Source: a bacterium (GTDB lineage Bacteria; JAMCPX01). From it: a DNA stretch of 64,000 nucleotides. The notes beneath the pieces were generated by a model. It ran no database searches and had not been told where the DNA came from. It saw only the letters and a program-made list of their open reading frames with translations. Positions within the stretch are counted from its first letter, which is position 1, and every line of letters begins with the position of its first letter. Below, piece after piece: positions 19,798-28,479 of the stretch. Location: positions 15,700-79,699 of the forward strand of contig JAJYUJ010000006.1 of NCBI GenBank assembly GCA_021792615.1, in the 5' to 3' direction. Position numbers and translations under genes: made by a program.

Positions 19798-20856
19798 TCA
19801 AAAACATATGTTTTTGATCTCAGTGATTAAGGGATACACAAGAATCACTACATTATTTTCGCTTTTTAAAGTAACGGCTACTTCTGAAGGCCACACGTTT
19901 TCATATGTTGGACCTAGAACACCTATATCATAAGGTAGTTTCCCTATAGAAACATCTTCTATAACAGCCGGGCCTGAACCAGTTATCAATGCATCTTGCG
20001 AGATTAAAGAAACATTGCCAGAATTATACTCGCTTACAAGTCCATAGGCGCACTTATAAGTTAACGCTATTCTTTGTGGATTGTTAAAGCTTGTATCAGT
20101 TACTGTTCTTGCTACTATCAATGAATTGGTATTTATAACCGATATACTGTTGGAGCCGCTGTTAACTACGAACAACCAGTTACCGTCTGTAGTCTCAGTC
20201 ATGCCGTTCGGTGAGATACCTACTCCTATTGTCTTTACAACGGTGTTGGTTGTCATGGAAATAACCGATACTGCATTTCCCCTCGACTCGCTCACAAAAA
20301 CATATCTATTAAATGCATCGGCAACGAGATGCGCAGGATAATTGAAGCTCGGGTCTGTGAATGTTGTAATAACTTTGTCCGTGGTAGTAGAGATAACAGA
20401 GACCGCATTTGTATCTGTTGCTACATAGAGATACCGGCCGTCTGCTGTAACAATTGCATCACCCATGTTATGAAAAGAAGTATTTGTAATTGAATCAACT
20501 ACGTTGTCGTTTGATAAGTTATCTGAAACCGCTATAACTGATATGCTCAATCCTCCATTGTTGATAGCATAAACCCTATTGCCGTTTTGCCATACGGCAA
20601 TGCCTACTGGCTGATTGCCAACTTTTATTAATTGAGTAGATTGTCCACTGCCAAGTGTCATAACCGCGTTATCGGTAGTTAAAGTTGTATATCCAAACCA
20701 AATTTTACTTCCGCTCCACGTCACTACTTCACTTTGATTATATCCTACAGGTACTTTTGAGATAAAACCAACGCGTGGGTTTCGATCTGGGCAGCCCATT
20801 AACAGTAACAGTATCAAAAATAACGTTAACCCTATCTCTAACTTCATTACTCGCAT
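19798..20856 (-). CDS. YVTN-family beta-propeller repeat lipoprotein
   Basis: Repeated YVTN-type units (VYAINNGGLSISVIAV, YVATDTNAVSVIST, VFVSESRGNAVSVISM, LFVVNSGSNSISVINT). The lipobox LLLMGC follows the internal Met chosen here at 20856; the ORF-track start at 20952 would overlap the upstream gene. Confidence 0.7.
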   Translation of the reverse strand: MRVMKLEIGLTLFLILLLLMGCPDRNPRVGFISKVPVGYNQSEVVTWSGSKIWFGYTTLTTDNAVMTLGSGQSTQLIKVGNQPVGIAVWQNGNRVYAINNGGLSISVIAVSDNLSNDNVVDSITNTSFHNMGDAIVTADGRYLYVATDTNAVSVISTTTDKVITTFTDPSFNYPAHLVADAFNRYVFVSESRGNAVSVISMTTNTVVKTIGVGISPNGMTETTDGNWLFVVNSGSNSISVINTNSLIVARTVTDTSFNNPQRIALTYKCAYGLVSEYNSGNVSLISQDALITGSGPAVIEDVSIGKLPYDIGVLGPTYENVWPSEVAVTLKSENNVVILVYPLITEIKNICF

Positions 20857-20863
20857 CTTAGTT

Positions 20864-21304
20864 TTAGTAGGTACAATCATACGCTTCACTATATGTCTCA
20901 CCCGGAGGCGGTGGATATTTTTGCTCTTCTGCTTTATACGCCTGTGCTTCAAAGAATATATGACAGTATGCAGCAGGAGTTCCCCAATTTTTGTTGTTGA
21001 TAGCTCCTATTACATAGTCCGAAACGTAAATGGGTATGAACGACGGATCCCATATTCTGTATTGTTTTAAATATTGTACTTGGGGAATATCCTTTTCTTG
21101 TTTTGCTTCTTTTAAAATAGGGACTTGTTGTTGTAATAAAATGTTCTGGTAGGTTAGATTATTATTTTTTGCGAGCAGATTTATTATATAAGAAACCGAA
21201 GCTATAGAGGAGAGAACACATAGAGATATAAAGATGATGGATAGAAACCTCCATCTCCTATCCTCATGATGAAGCACAACTTTCTCTTCGTTCTGTGCCA
21301 TCAA
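20864..21304 (-). CDS. hypothetical single-pass membrane protein (PPPP motif)
   Basis: 146-aa ORF with one N-terminal TM helix (FLSIIFISLCVLSSIASVSYIINLL). It is co-oriented and contiguous with the two lipoprotein genes. No recognisable domain. Confidence 0.4.
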   Translation of the reverse strand: MMAQNEEKVVLHHEDRRWRFLSIIFISLCVLSSIASVSYIINLLAKNNNLTYQNILLQQQVPILKEAKQEKDIPQVQYLKQYRIWDPSFIPIYVSDYVIGAINNKNWGTPAAYCHIFFEAQAYKAEEQKYPPPPGETYSEAYDCTY

Positions 21305-21785
21305 TTTTCCCTCCGGATGAGAAGTATATTACCAGATACAAAACAGATGTCAATAGTATTATAATTTTTATTTGCTTTTGAGCATGCGATCGTGTCTCTT
21401 GCATTCGTAGGCTTGCCGGCAGCAGCTCCCCGTTCAATAAACGTCCGTTATTTCATCATCTCCCTCAGGCCCTCACCAGAAGCGGATCAGCTGGCGGCTG
21501 TCTTTTCAGAGGTACATGATAGACTATAGACAGCTTTGAGATCGCCCCGCAGGATCGATTTAAGGAAGCCGTTTTGTCCGGATAGACCTTCTTTCACATC
21601 CGCAGGCCTGCCGGCGGACGTCCTTACCCTGCAGTGACACGTTGCAGCACATTGTGCGTATTCCCAACTTGAGATTTTAAATTGAATAGACTATAAAGGT
21701 ACCCCGACGACAAAGGGGAATTTTATAAGAAGTGTACGGAAGACTTTACGCAAAAGAAATTTAAAGAATTAGAGGAAATTTATAT

Positions 21786-22109
21786 ATGGTTGACAAAGAA
21801 ATTACAGAAATAATTAAAAGATTTGCAGATGTCTTAATAAGAAACGGTATCCGCGTGGAAAAAGTCGTGCTTTATGGATCATACGCAACCGGCAGCGCAC
21901 ATCCGGACAGTGATATAGATCTTGCCATAGTTTCACCGGACTTTGGCAAGGATAGATATGAAGAAGGCACGATGCTGCTACAGGCGGCATGGCGGGTTGA
22001 CCCGAGAATTGAGCCTGTGCCCATTTCGTCTGAATCCTATAAGAATGATACGTGGCTACCGCTTATCTATGAAATAAGACAAAAGGGCGTCGAGCTGAAA
22101 GTAGCATAA
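21786..22109 (+). CDS. minimal nucleotidyltransferase (MNT/KNTase-type, toxin-antitoxin-associated family)
   Basis: 107 aa with NTase signature GSYATGSAHPDSDIDL (G-S-x9-D-x-D). RBS AGAGGA lies 9 nt upstream. No HEPN partner is present on either side. Confidence 0.75.
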   Translation: MVDKEITEIIKRFADVLIRNGIRVEKVVLYGSYATGSAHPDSDIDLAIVSPDFGKDRYEEGTMLLQAAWRVDPRIEPVPISSESYKNDTWLPLIYEIRQKGVELKVA

Positions 22110-22142
22110 GGGGCGGGGAACTCGCGCTAAATTAGAGTCTTG

Positions 22143-22862
22143 TTACAGCGATTTGTAAATCTTCCTGAATTTTATCAGGCTTTTGAAATAATAGATTGAA
22201 TCTTGTATCAGTTTTACCGTCGATTTTTTATGTCTGTTCCTCGCGTAAATACACGGTATTTCTTTTATCGTATACCCTGCTTTGTACATCCTGGCACATA
22301 TCTCCGTATCCCAGAACCAGTGAGGGTCCTGGACGCTGTCAACGATAGACACCAGCTTTTGCCTGTCGAAAAACTTGATGCCGGATTCCGTATCGTGCAG
22401 CGGGAGGTCTATAAATACCCTCATGAGCATGTTGTAGCTTCTGCCCGTGAAAATCCTCGCGATGGAATGCAGACCGAGGCGCGACACCCTTTCGCCGATT
22501 GCTGCATCGTACCCTTCATGGATTGCATGATAAAAGGCATACAGGTAAACCGCATCTATTTCGAGGTCCACATCTATATAACCGGCGATATCCGCCTGGG
22601 CAGCCTTAAACCCGTCGGTCACTGCCCTGCCCCGGCCTGTATTGCGGTCGTGCGTGATTAGCTTTATCTGCATATCCGGATGCTGTTTGATGATGTCCTG
22701 CAGTATCTCCGGCGTACTATCCGTGCTTTTATCGTCTACCATGATGATTTCGTACGTGAAATTCGCATGAGACAGCATGTCTTTTAATGCCTGAAAACTC
22801 TTTTGCAGGTGCGAAGATTCGTTATAACAGGCAAGTATTATACTGAGCTTCGGTTTATCCAT
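22143..22862 (-). CDS. GT2-family glycosyltransferase (ArnC/DPM1-like polyprenyl-phosphate sugar transferase)
   Basis: 239 aa starting LSIILACYNE, with VDDKSTDST and DVDLE (DxD-like) motifs; length and motifs fit polyprenol-P glycosyltransferases. Confidence 0.8.
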   Translation of the reverse strand: MDKPKLSIILACYNESSHLQKSFQALKDMLSHANFTYEIIMVDDKSTDSTPEILQDIIKQHPDMQIKLITHDRNTGRGRAVTDGFKAAQADIAGYIDVDLEIDAVYLYAFYHAIHEGYDAAIGERVSRLGLHSIARIFTGRSYNMLMRVFIDLPLHDTESGIKFFDRQKLVSIVDSVQDPHWFWDTEICARMYKAGYTIKEIPCIYARNRHKKSTVKLIQDSIYYFKSLIKFRKIYKSL

Positions 22863-24000
22863 TGAAGATCCGCTTTACCGATTGTATCACCCTGATTACC
22901 TCGTGCTCTGTCATTCCCGACGCGAGCGGGAGCGAAAGTGTCTGACGTGAAATCCTCAGGGCGTTCGGGAAATCACCGGGCTTCAGATGATAGGTATCCC
23001 TGAAATAGGAATGGAGATGCAATGATACGAAATGAATCCCTGTGCCGATACCCGCGGCATTCAGCCGTTCCCTGGCCGTTTCCCTGTCCATGCCGGCCTT
23101 TTCCCGGTCCACGGCTATTGCGTACAGGTGCATCCCGTGGTTACCCTCGTTATACAGCGGCGGTAGTCCGATCGGGAGCTGCTGAAAATGTCTGTTGTAC
23201 CGGTCCCATATCCATTCTCTTCGCGCACGCTTCCGCGAATATTCTTTCATTTGTGAGAGCGCGATAGCCGAAAGCAGGTCCGGGATTTCAAAATTATAAC
23301 CAGGTACCAGCGTATCGTACGGCATTGAATGGCCCTTTTTCCCGAACCTCGACCATGCCGTCTTTGTTATACCGTATGACCTCAAAAGCCTGATCCTATC
23401 GGCAATCTTTTTATTGTTCGTCGTCACAACCCCACCTTCTGCAGCAGTAATATTTTTTGTGGCATACAAGCTGAAAACGGTCGTGTCACCGATATTCCCG
23501 ATGCTTTTGCCCCGGTAGGTTGCTCCAAACGCGTGGGCTGCATCCTCAATGACCATCAAGCCATGCTTGCGTGCCAGGCCAATGATAGCGCTCATGTCGC
23601 ACGGCCTTCCATGCAAATGGATGGGTAGTATGGCTTTTGTCTTTCGCGTTACAGCCCTTTCTATTTTTGCAGCATCCATATTGCCGGTACTGTCGACATC
23701 CACAAACCTCACCCGAGCACCTGTATGGATAACCTCGCTCGCCGTGGCGGGGAACGTCATCGGAGATGTGATGACTTCATCGCCCTTCCCGATGCCGGAT
23801 GCAAGCATGGATAAGAACAGACCGCCGGATCCGCTTGATACTGCTACCGCATACCGTGCTCCGGTAAACTTTATAAAGGCGCGCTCCAGCGCTTCCGTCA
23901 CCGCCCCCATGCCTATCCATCCGCTCCTGAGTACATCGACCGCGGATTGTATGTCCTCTTTCTTTATGTCAGGCTTTCCAAAAATAACCTTATTCCCCAT
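22855..24000 (-). CDS. DegT/DnrJ/EryC1/StrS-family PLP-dependent sugar aminotransferase (ArnB/PglE-like)
   Basis: 381 aa with conserved blocks GDEVITSPMTF, IEDAAHAFGATYRGK and SLYATKNITAAEGG (PLP-binding Lys in the S-x-x-x-K context). Confidence 0.85.
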   Translation of the reverse strand: MGNKVIFGKPDIKKEDIQSAVDVLRSGWIGMGAVTEALERAFIKFTGARYAVAVSSGSGGLFLSMLASGIGKGDEVITSPMTFPATASEVIHTGARVRFVDVDSTGNMDAAKIERAVTRKTKAILPIHLHGRPCDMSAIIGLARKHGLMVIEDAAHAFGATYRGKSIGNIGDTTVFSLYATKNITAAEGGVVTTNNKKIADRIRLLRSYGITKTAWSRFGKKGHSMPYDTLVPGYNFEIPDLLSAIALSQMKEYSRKRARREWIWDRYNRHFQQLPIGLPPLYNEGNHGMHLYAIAVDREKAGMDRETARERLNAAGIGTGIHFVSLHLHSYFRDTYHLKPGDFPNALRISRQTLSLPLASGMTEHEVIRVIQSVKRIFNG

Positions 24001-25717
24001 GTATTTTCCCCGTCAGTTCCTGTATTTTAAAATTCAATCCCCTGTCATTATACGAAGGGTGCGGCTCTTTCAGCGCCATGGCATAAGCCTCCGCTGCATG
24101 CCGGTAATCATGCATCTTTTCGTACAATCCGGCAATAATGATGTAATCCGACGACCTGAAAGAGTTCAGATCAACTTTCACAGCCTTTTGATAAAGCGCT
24201 ATGGCCTTTTCATATTCACCCTCATTGGCGTACACATTGCCGAGTTCCTTGAGTGCAGGCGTATAATCCGGCGCTCTCTCCAGCACGAACGTGGTGTACT
24301 CCTTGTCCTTTGCATAATTCCCCTCTTCACCGTATGCATTGCCCAGCATGGCATACCCCCACAATGATTTATCGACACCCGGCATGTAAGGCCTTGTCTG
24401 GATCTGCCGCGTCCACAGGGTAACACCGTTCTGCCAGGTCAGATCCAGCATAAAGCTGATGGTTCCGTATGACAGTATAACAAGGAACGCGACCGGCATA
24501 AAGAATTTTTTGAACGCGGCTGTATCCCGTGTTGCCGTGATGATTATCCGCGCAAACATCAATCCGAACCCTGCAAGTGATAGGTAGGCAAAGCGGTCGG
24601 CGATCTTGATCTGCAAGCCTACGACATTGGATGCAGGCACCATATTCAACAGGATCCATGCAAATCCGAAAAACAATGCCTTGTCTTTCCGAATGAATTT
24701 TATGCATGCGTACAGCAGCAGGATAACAAACGGAACGGAAAGGACAAACAAGGGTTCGAGCATACTCCGGTTTGCGGGCTCTATGTACAGTGCCGCATTG
24801 TTGAACGGAAATAAAAAGTGGACCGTATATATGACGAACAGCTCCGGCATAAACATCAGCAGCCAATCCCTGCTATAGACAGTTTGGAGCGTACTGGTAC
24901 CGAAGTAACTCGTCGAATAGCTGTAGAGGTTAATGGTATACAGGGCCATAATGACAACGGGAACGATAAGATATGCCGCGTATTTCTTAAAACTCCTCTC
25001 GTCCTCGATGATAAACATGTATGCCGCAAGTACACCCGGAAAAGGAAGGGCTGACGCCTTTGAAAGCAGCGCTGCAAGAAACAGAACGGATGACAGAACG
25101 AGATATTTCCCCGGAGACGGCCCCCGCTGCCCCGTACCCGCGGACTGCATGCCCCGTGTCCTGCCCGTACTATGCCTGTAAAAATCCACAAAAAAGATAA
25201 AAGCAAGCAGGTAAAAGGTCATTGCCATAAGGTCTTTCCTGCTCGACACCCACGACACAACACCTGCGGTTAACGGATGGAGTGCAAAGATCAGCGCAGA
25301 CAAGAAGGCAAGAGGGGTATCATCAAAAAGTTTCAGGAAGAGCACGAAGACGAGGATGGCATTCGCTGACTCGTATAAGAGATTGCTCAGATGATAGACG
25401 AACGGATGTAAACCTCCGATGGCGTAATCGATCATGTAACTCAGATCGCGCACCGGATAATACTCGGTAAACTTATCGGTATAAACACTATGCGGATCGA
25501 ATATATGCATAATGCTTCTGATAGAAAGATGCATGATCCTCGGGTTGTTGGCGATCATCATTTCATCGTCCCAGTTGACAAAACCGTCACGCAGGGAAAT
25601 ACCGTGTACCGCAACAACGGTCAGAACAAGCAGGACAATAAACCATATCTGTTTTTTGTCAGCGTTATTGTTCATAAGATGTTCCCTACTATATCCTGCC
25701 TGACCCGGAAAATGCAA
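23990..25717 (-). CDS. GT-C-fold membrane glycosyltransferase of the TMTC/PMT_2-like family with C-terminal TPR repeats
   Basis: 575 aa. The N-terminal half is polytopic with the TMTC/PMT-like signature YYPVRDLSYMIDYAIGGLHPFVYHLSNLLYESANAILVF. The C-terminal ~150 aa are TPR (AMLGNAYGEEGNYAKDKEY..., ALKELGNVYANEGEYEKAIALYQKAVKV). Confidence 0.65.
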   Translation of the reverse strand: MHFPGQAGYSREHLMNNNADKKQIWFIVLLVLTVVAVHGISLRDGFVNWDDEMMIANNPRIMHLSIRSIMHIFDPHSVYTDKFTEYYPVRDLSYMIDYAIGGLHPFVYHLSNLLYESANAILVFVLFLKLFDDTPLAFLSALIFALHPLTAGVVSWVSSRKDLMAMTFYLLAFIFFVDFYRHSTGRTRGMQSAGTGQRGPSPGKYLVLSSVLFLAALLSKASALPFPGVLAAYMFIIEDERSFKKYAAYLIVPVVIMALYTINLYSYSTSYFGTSTLQTVYSRDWLLMFMPELFVIYTVHFLFPFNNAALYIEPANRSMLEPLFVLSVPFVILLLYACIKFIRKDKALFFGFAWILLNMVPASNVVGLQIKIADRFAYLSLAGFGLMFARIIITATRDTAAFKKFFMPVAFLVILSYGTISFMLDLTWQNGVTLWTRQIQTRPYMPGVDKSLWGYAMLGNAYGEEGNYAKDKEYTTFVLERAPDYTPALKELGNVYANEGEYEKAIALYQKAVKVDLNSFRSSDYIIIAGLYEKMHDYRHAAEAYAMALKEPHPSYNDRGLNFKIQELTGKIHGE

Positions 25718-25796
25718 TAAGGAAGTCTGTTCATTCCTCAGGACAAAGAGTTTGAAACGATGCGAAGGAAAATACCGGGAAAATTCCCGGATAGCA

Positions 25797-26378
25797 TTAT
25801 TCCTGGATATCCAGGGTATAAATGATTTTCGCCTGACTGCCCGCCAGCACGGATTTATCCGGTACGTCTTTCACAACAACCGTCCCGCTGTGCACCACGG
25901 CATACCTGCCGATCTTTACCCCGGGAATTACCATGCAGCCGCTTAAAACAAAGCTGTAGTCGCCTACGATCATCGGCATATGACGGTCGGGTAAGAATTT
26001 TTTGAGCGGGTGATCGACATGGCTGCCTTTGAAATGCGTGAACAGCATAGTTCTGAAGCCGATGGTCACATACTTTCCGATGGTCATGGTGTCGTACAGA
26101 TCGATCAGGGCATCATCGTTGATATACGTACAATCCCCTATGGTCAGGCCCGGAAAGGACGCTTTGTGATAATTTTTGAACTGCACCTTCCCGATAAATA
26201 CGTTTTTCCCGATTTTTGCTCCCAGCATTCTGAGATAATAGACCCGCAATTGCGGCAGGGGTATCCAGTTAAAAAAGAATACGGCAACAGAATAAAAGGC
26301 ATATTTGAACAGGCCTTTAAACCCAACCTGTTTGATTGCAGCCACCAACAAAGAGCTATTTTCAGAATCCTGCGTCAT
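25797..26378 (-). CDS. left-handed beta-helix (hexapeptide-repeat) acetyltransferase, sugar N/O-acetyltransferase-like
   Basis: 193 aa with hexapeptide repeats (IGKYVTIG, VIPGVKIGRYAVVHSGTVV) and an N-terminal hydrophobic segment. Confidence 0.7.
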   Translation of the reverse strand: MTQDSENSSLLVAAIKQVGFKGLFKYAFYSVAVFFFNWIPLPQLRVYYLRMLGAKIGKNVFIGKVQFKNYHKASFPGLTIGDCTYINDDALIDLYDTMTIGKYVTIGFRTMLFTHFKGSHVDHPLKKFLPDRHMPMIVGDYSFVLSGCMVIPGVKIGRYAVVHSGTVVVKDVPDKSVLAGSQAKIIYTLDIQE

Positions 26379-26412
26379 GGATGTTTATTGCATGGATGTG
26401 CCGGAATTGTCA

Positions 26413-26432
26413 ACCCAGGCATTTATCATTGT
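26413..26432 (+). repeat. 20-bp direct repeat, copy 1 (ACCCAGGCATTTATCATTGT)
   Basis: An exact 20-mer shared with 26840-26859, with CAAC also shared just upstream. The two copies bracket a ~410-bp segment carrying two hairpin repeats. Confidence 0.8.
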
Positions 26433-26525
26433 CATTTAAAGTTGAAAAGTGGACTTATATAAATTATACAAATTTGTTTAGCGGAAGAAATTGATTGCTA
26501 GAAACATATCAAACTCAACGAGTTT

Positions 26526-26579
26526 GTCATTCCTGCCCGTGGGCTTCTCCGCAGATATGCTTGAGCAGGAATCCAGTTC
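26526..26579. repeat. hairpin repeat, family GTCATTCC-(stem-loop)-GGAATCCAGTT, copy A
   Basis: gtcattcctgcccgtgggcttctccgcagatatgcttgagcaggaatccagttc; the arms are CATTCCTGC and GCAGGAATC. Confidence 0.7.
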
Positions 26580-26651
26580 TTCAAAATAGTTCCCCGATTT
26601 CGCAGGGACAATGTCCATATTCTTAATGACCCGGTAATGACGGAGGTGTGA

Positions 26652-26684
26652 GAAACTGGATTCCCACTTTCGTGGGAATGACAC
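26652..26684. repeat. hairpin repeat, same family, copy B (inverted orientation)
   Basis: gaaactggattcccactttcgtgggaatgacac. Its reverse complement is GTGTCATTCCCACGAAAGTGGGAATCCAGTTTC, with a perfect inner stem CCCAC/GTGGG. Confidence 0.75.
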
Positions 26685-26839
26685 AAAACCAGTGTAGATA
26701 GATGTACATAATCTCTGTCACAGACGGTGATTTCCTCTCTTATTCTCAATGGAGCAGAGATAAGATTGAGAAACGGCATTATTTAGTAAACGAAGGATTA
26801 TTCGATCAAAAGTCAATCCACTTTAGAATTTTAAGCAAC

Positions 26840-26859
26840 ACCCAGGCATTTATCATTGT
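26840..26859 (+). repeat. 20-bp direct repeat, copy 2 (ACCCAGGCATTTATCATTGT)
   Basis: Exact match to 26413-26432; it lies 73 bp upstream of the yggS start. Confidence 0.8.
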
Positions 26860-26931
26860 TTCCTCAAAGGCGGAAGCGTGCTTCATCAAAAATAAATACA
26901 TCGATAATTGCATTAAAGAGTTACTTATACT

Positions 26932-27636
26932 ATGCATGATCCCAATATGGAAAACATCATAACCAGGATCAAAAGTTTACGGGAGGATATATCCGGCACA
27001 TGCCTCAAATCAGGCAGGGACATAAAAGACGTCAGGCTTATCGCTGTTTCAAAGACCGTTGGGATAGATAGGATAAAAGAGGCCGTTGATGCAGGACTCG
27101 ATACATTCGGGGAGAACTATGTCCAGGAAGCGCTTGAAAAGATCACCACGCTTCCTCCCTCTGTCCACTGGCACTTCATCGGCAATATTCAGAAAAACAA
27201 GGTACGGCATATCGTTCAATCGTTCGAGCTTATCCATTCCGTAGGCAGCAGCGACATTGCCGTGGAAATAGACAAACGTGCAGAGCAAAAAGGACATGTC
27301 CAGCCCGTGCTGTTCGAAATCAATGTCGCGGGTGAAGCAACAAAATCCGGCTTCCGCCCGGAGCAGTTTTTCAATGCACTGCAGCTCCTGAAAACACTGA
27401 AGCACCTGCGGCCGTCCGGACTCATGACCATGCCCCCGCCTGGCAACAGCGAAGCACAGCTGTCAAACTATTTTACCACACTGCGGGAACTCAGGGACAA
27501 GCTCCTGAAACAAGGGGTGTTCGGACAATCGTTCAAAGAACTGTCCATGGGTATGTCGTCCGATTTTAAAATTGCTATAAAAGAAGGGGCGACTATGATA
27601 AGAATCGGGACAGCACTATTCGGTCCAAGGGGGTAA
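26932..27636 (+). CDS. yggS: YggS-family pyridoxal-phosphate homeostasis protein
   Basis: 234 aa with the PLP-Lys context LIAVSKT plus HFIGNIQKNK and a TIM-barrel alanine-racemase-like N-terminal fold signature. Confidence 0.85.
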   Translation: MHDPNMENIITRIKSLREDISGTCLKSGRDIKDVRLIAVSKTVGIDRIKEAVDAGLDTFGENYVQEALEKITTLPPSVHWHFIGNIQKNKVRHIVQSFELIHSVGSSDIAVEIDKRAEQKGHVQPVLFEINVAGEATKSGFRPEQFFNALQLLKTLKHLRPSGLMTMPPPGNSEAQLSNYFTTLRELRDKLLKQGVFGQSFKELSMGMSSDFKIAIKEGATMIRIGTALFGPRG

Positions 27637-27638
27637 TT

Positions 27639-28451
27639 ATGGATAAAACAATAAGCTTTATCGGTGCGGGAAAAATGGCTGAAGCCATCATAGCAGGCCT
27701 GCTCTCCTCTAAAAAGGTCACCGGCAAACAGATCATCATCAGCGATAAATTCGATAAGAGGCGCATAGAGATAGAGGAGACCTACAATGTCAGAACGGTC
27801 ACAGCCAATACCGTGTGCGTGACCGAAGGAGATATATCTTTTCTGGCAGTGAAACCGCAGGACATGGCCGATGTCCTCGAGCAATGCAAAGAAACACTGG
27901 CGCAAAAACTGGTCGTGTCGATTGCAGCAGGAATAGAGATCTCCTTTTTGGAAGGATATATCGGCCAGCAAACACGCATCATACGGGTGATGCCCAATAT
28001 AGCGGCAACCGTGGGTGAGGGCATGAGCGTTATTATGAAAAATAACGCGGCTGATGCAACGGATATCAATCTTGTAAAAGAGCTGCTTGCGGGCGCCGGC
28101 GATGTGATTGAGATAAAGAACGAAGGCCTCTTTCATGCGGTAACGGCATTGAGCGGGTCCGGCCCTGCATACGTATTTGCATTCCTCGAAGCGCTTTCCG
28201 ATGCGGGTGTAAGAATGGGGCTGTCGAGGGACGTGTCCAACAAGCTGGCAGTGCAAACGGTCATCGGCGCAGGGAAGATGGCAAAAGAATCCGAGCTTTC
28301 ATTCGCGACATTGCGGGAGGCCGTTACCTCACCTGCAGGGACAACTGCAGAGGCGTTGGCAATACTCGAAGCAAAAGGCGTGAGATCCGCAGTCATCGAA
28401 GCCGTCAAAGCGGCGGCCCTGAGATCGAAAGAGATCAGCACCAAATCGTAA
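27639..28451 (+). CDS. proC: pyrroline-5-carboxylate reductase
   Basis: 270 aa with NAD(P)-binding IGAGKMAEAI and the C-terminal P5CR dimerisation region (SPAGTTAEAL). It starts 2 nt after the yggS stop. Confidence 0.9.
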   Translation: MDKTISFIGAGKMAEAIIAGLLSSKKVTGKQIIISDKFDKRRIEIEETYNVRTVTANTVCVTEGDISFLAVKPQDMADVLEQCKETLAQKLVVSIAAGIEISFLEGYIGQQTRIIRVMPNIAATVGEGMSVIMKNNAADATDINLVKELLAGAGDVIEIKNEGLFHAVTALSGSGPAYVFAFLEALSDAGVRMGLSRDVSNKLAVQTVIGAGKMAKESELSFATLREAVTSPAGTTAEALAILEAKGVRSAVIEAVKAAALRSKEISTKS

Positions 28452-28479
28452 ATTTACGGAACTGATAACGAACCGTGCG

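Noticed and set aside
21305-22142. HEPN partner or small toxin ORF next to the MNT gene
   Set aside because: I manually scanned both strands. The longest candidate is a 30-aa Cys-rich minus-strand ORF with no HEPN Rx4-6H motif, and the downstream gap is 33 bp. No partner could be supported.
23549-24367. 272-aa plus-strand ORF
   Set aside because: Antisense across the aminotransferase and GT-C gene junction. No domain signal.
26478-26779. Two overlapping small minus-strand ORFs (68 and 93 aa)
   Set aside because: They are encoded largely by the hairpin repeat copies (SFPRKWESS motif). They are the repeat-derived artefacts commonly mis-annotated as hypothetical proteins.
27468-28256. 262-aa minus-strand ORF
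   Set aside because: Antisense to proC with Cys/His-rich low-complexity composition.
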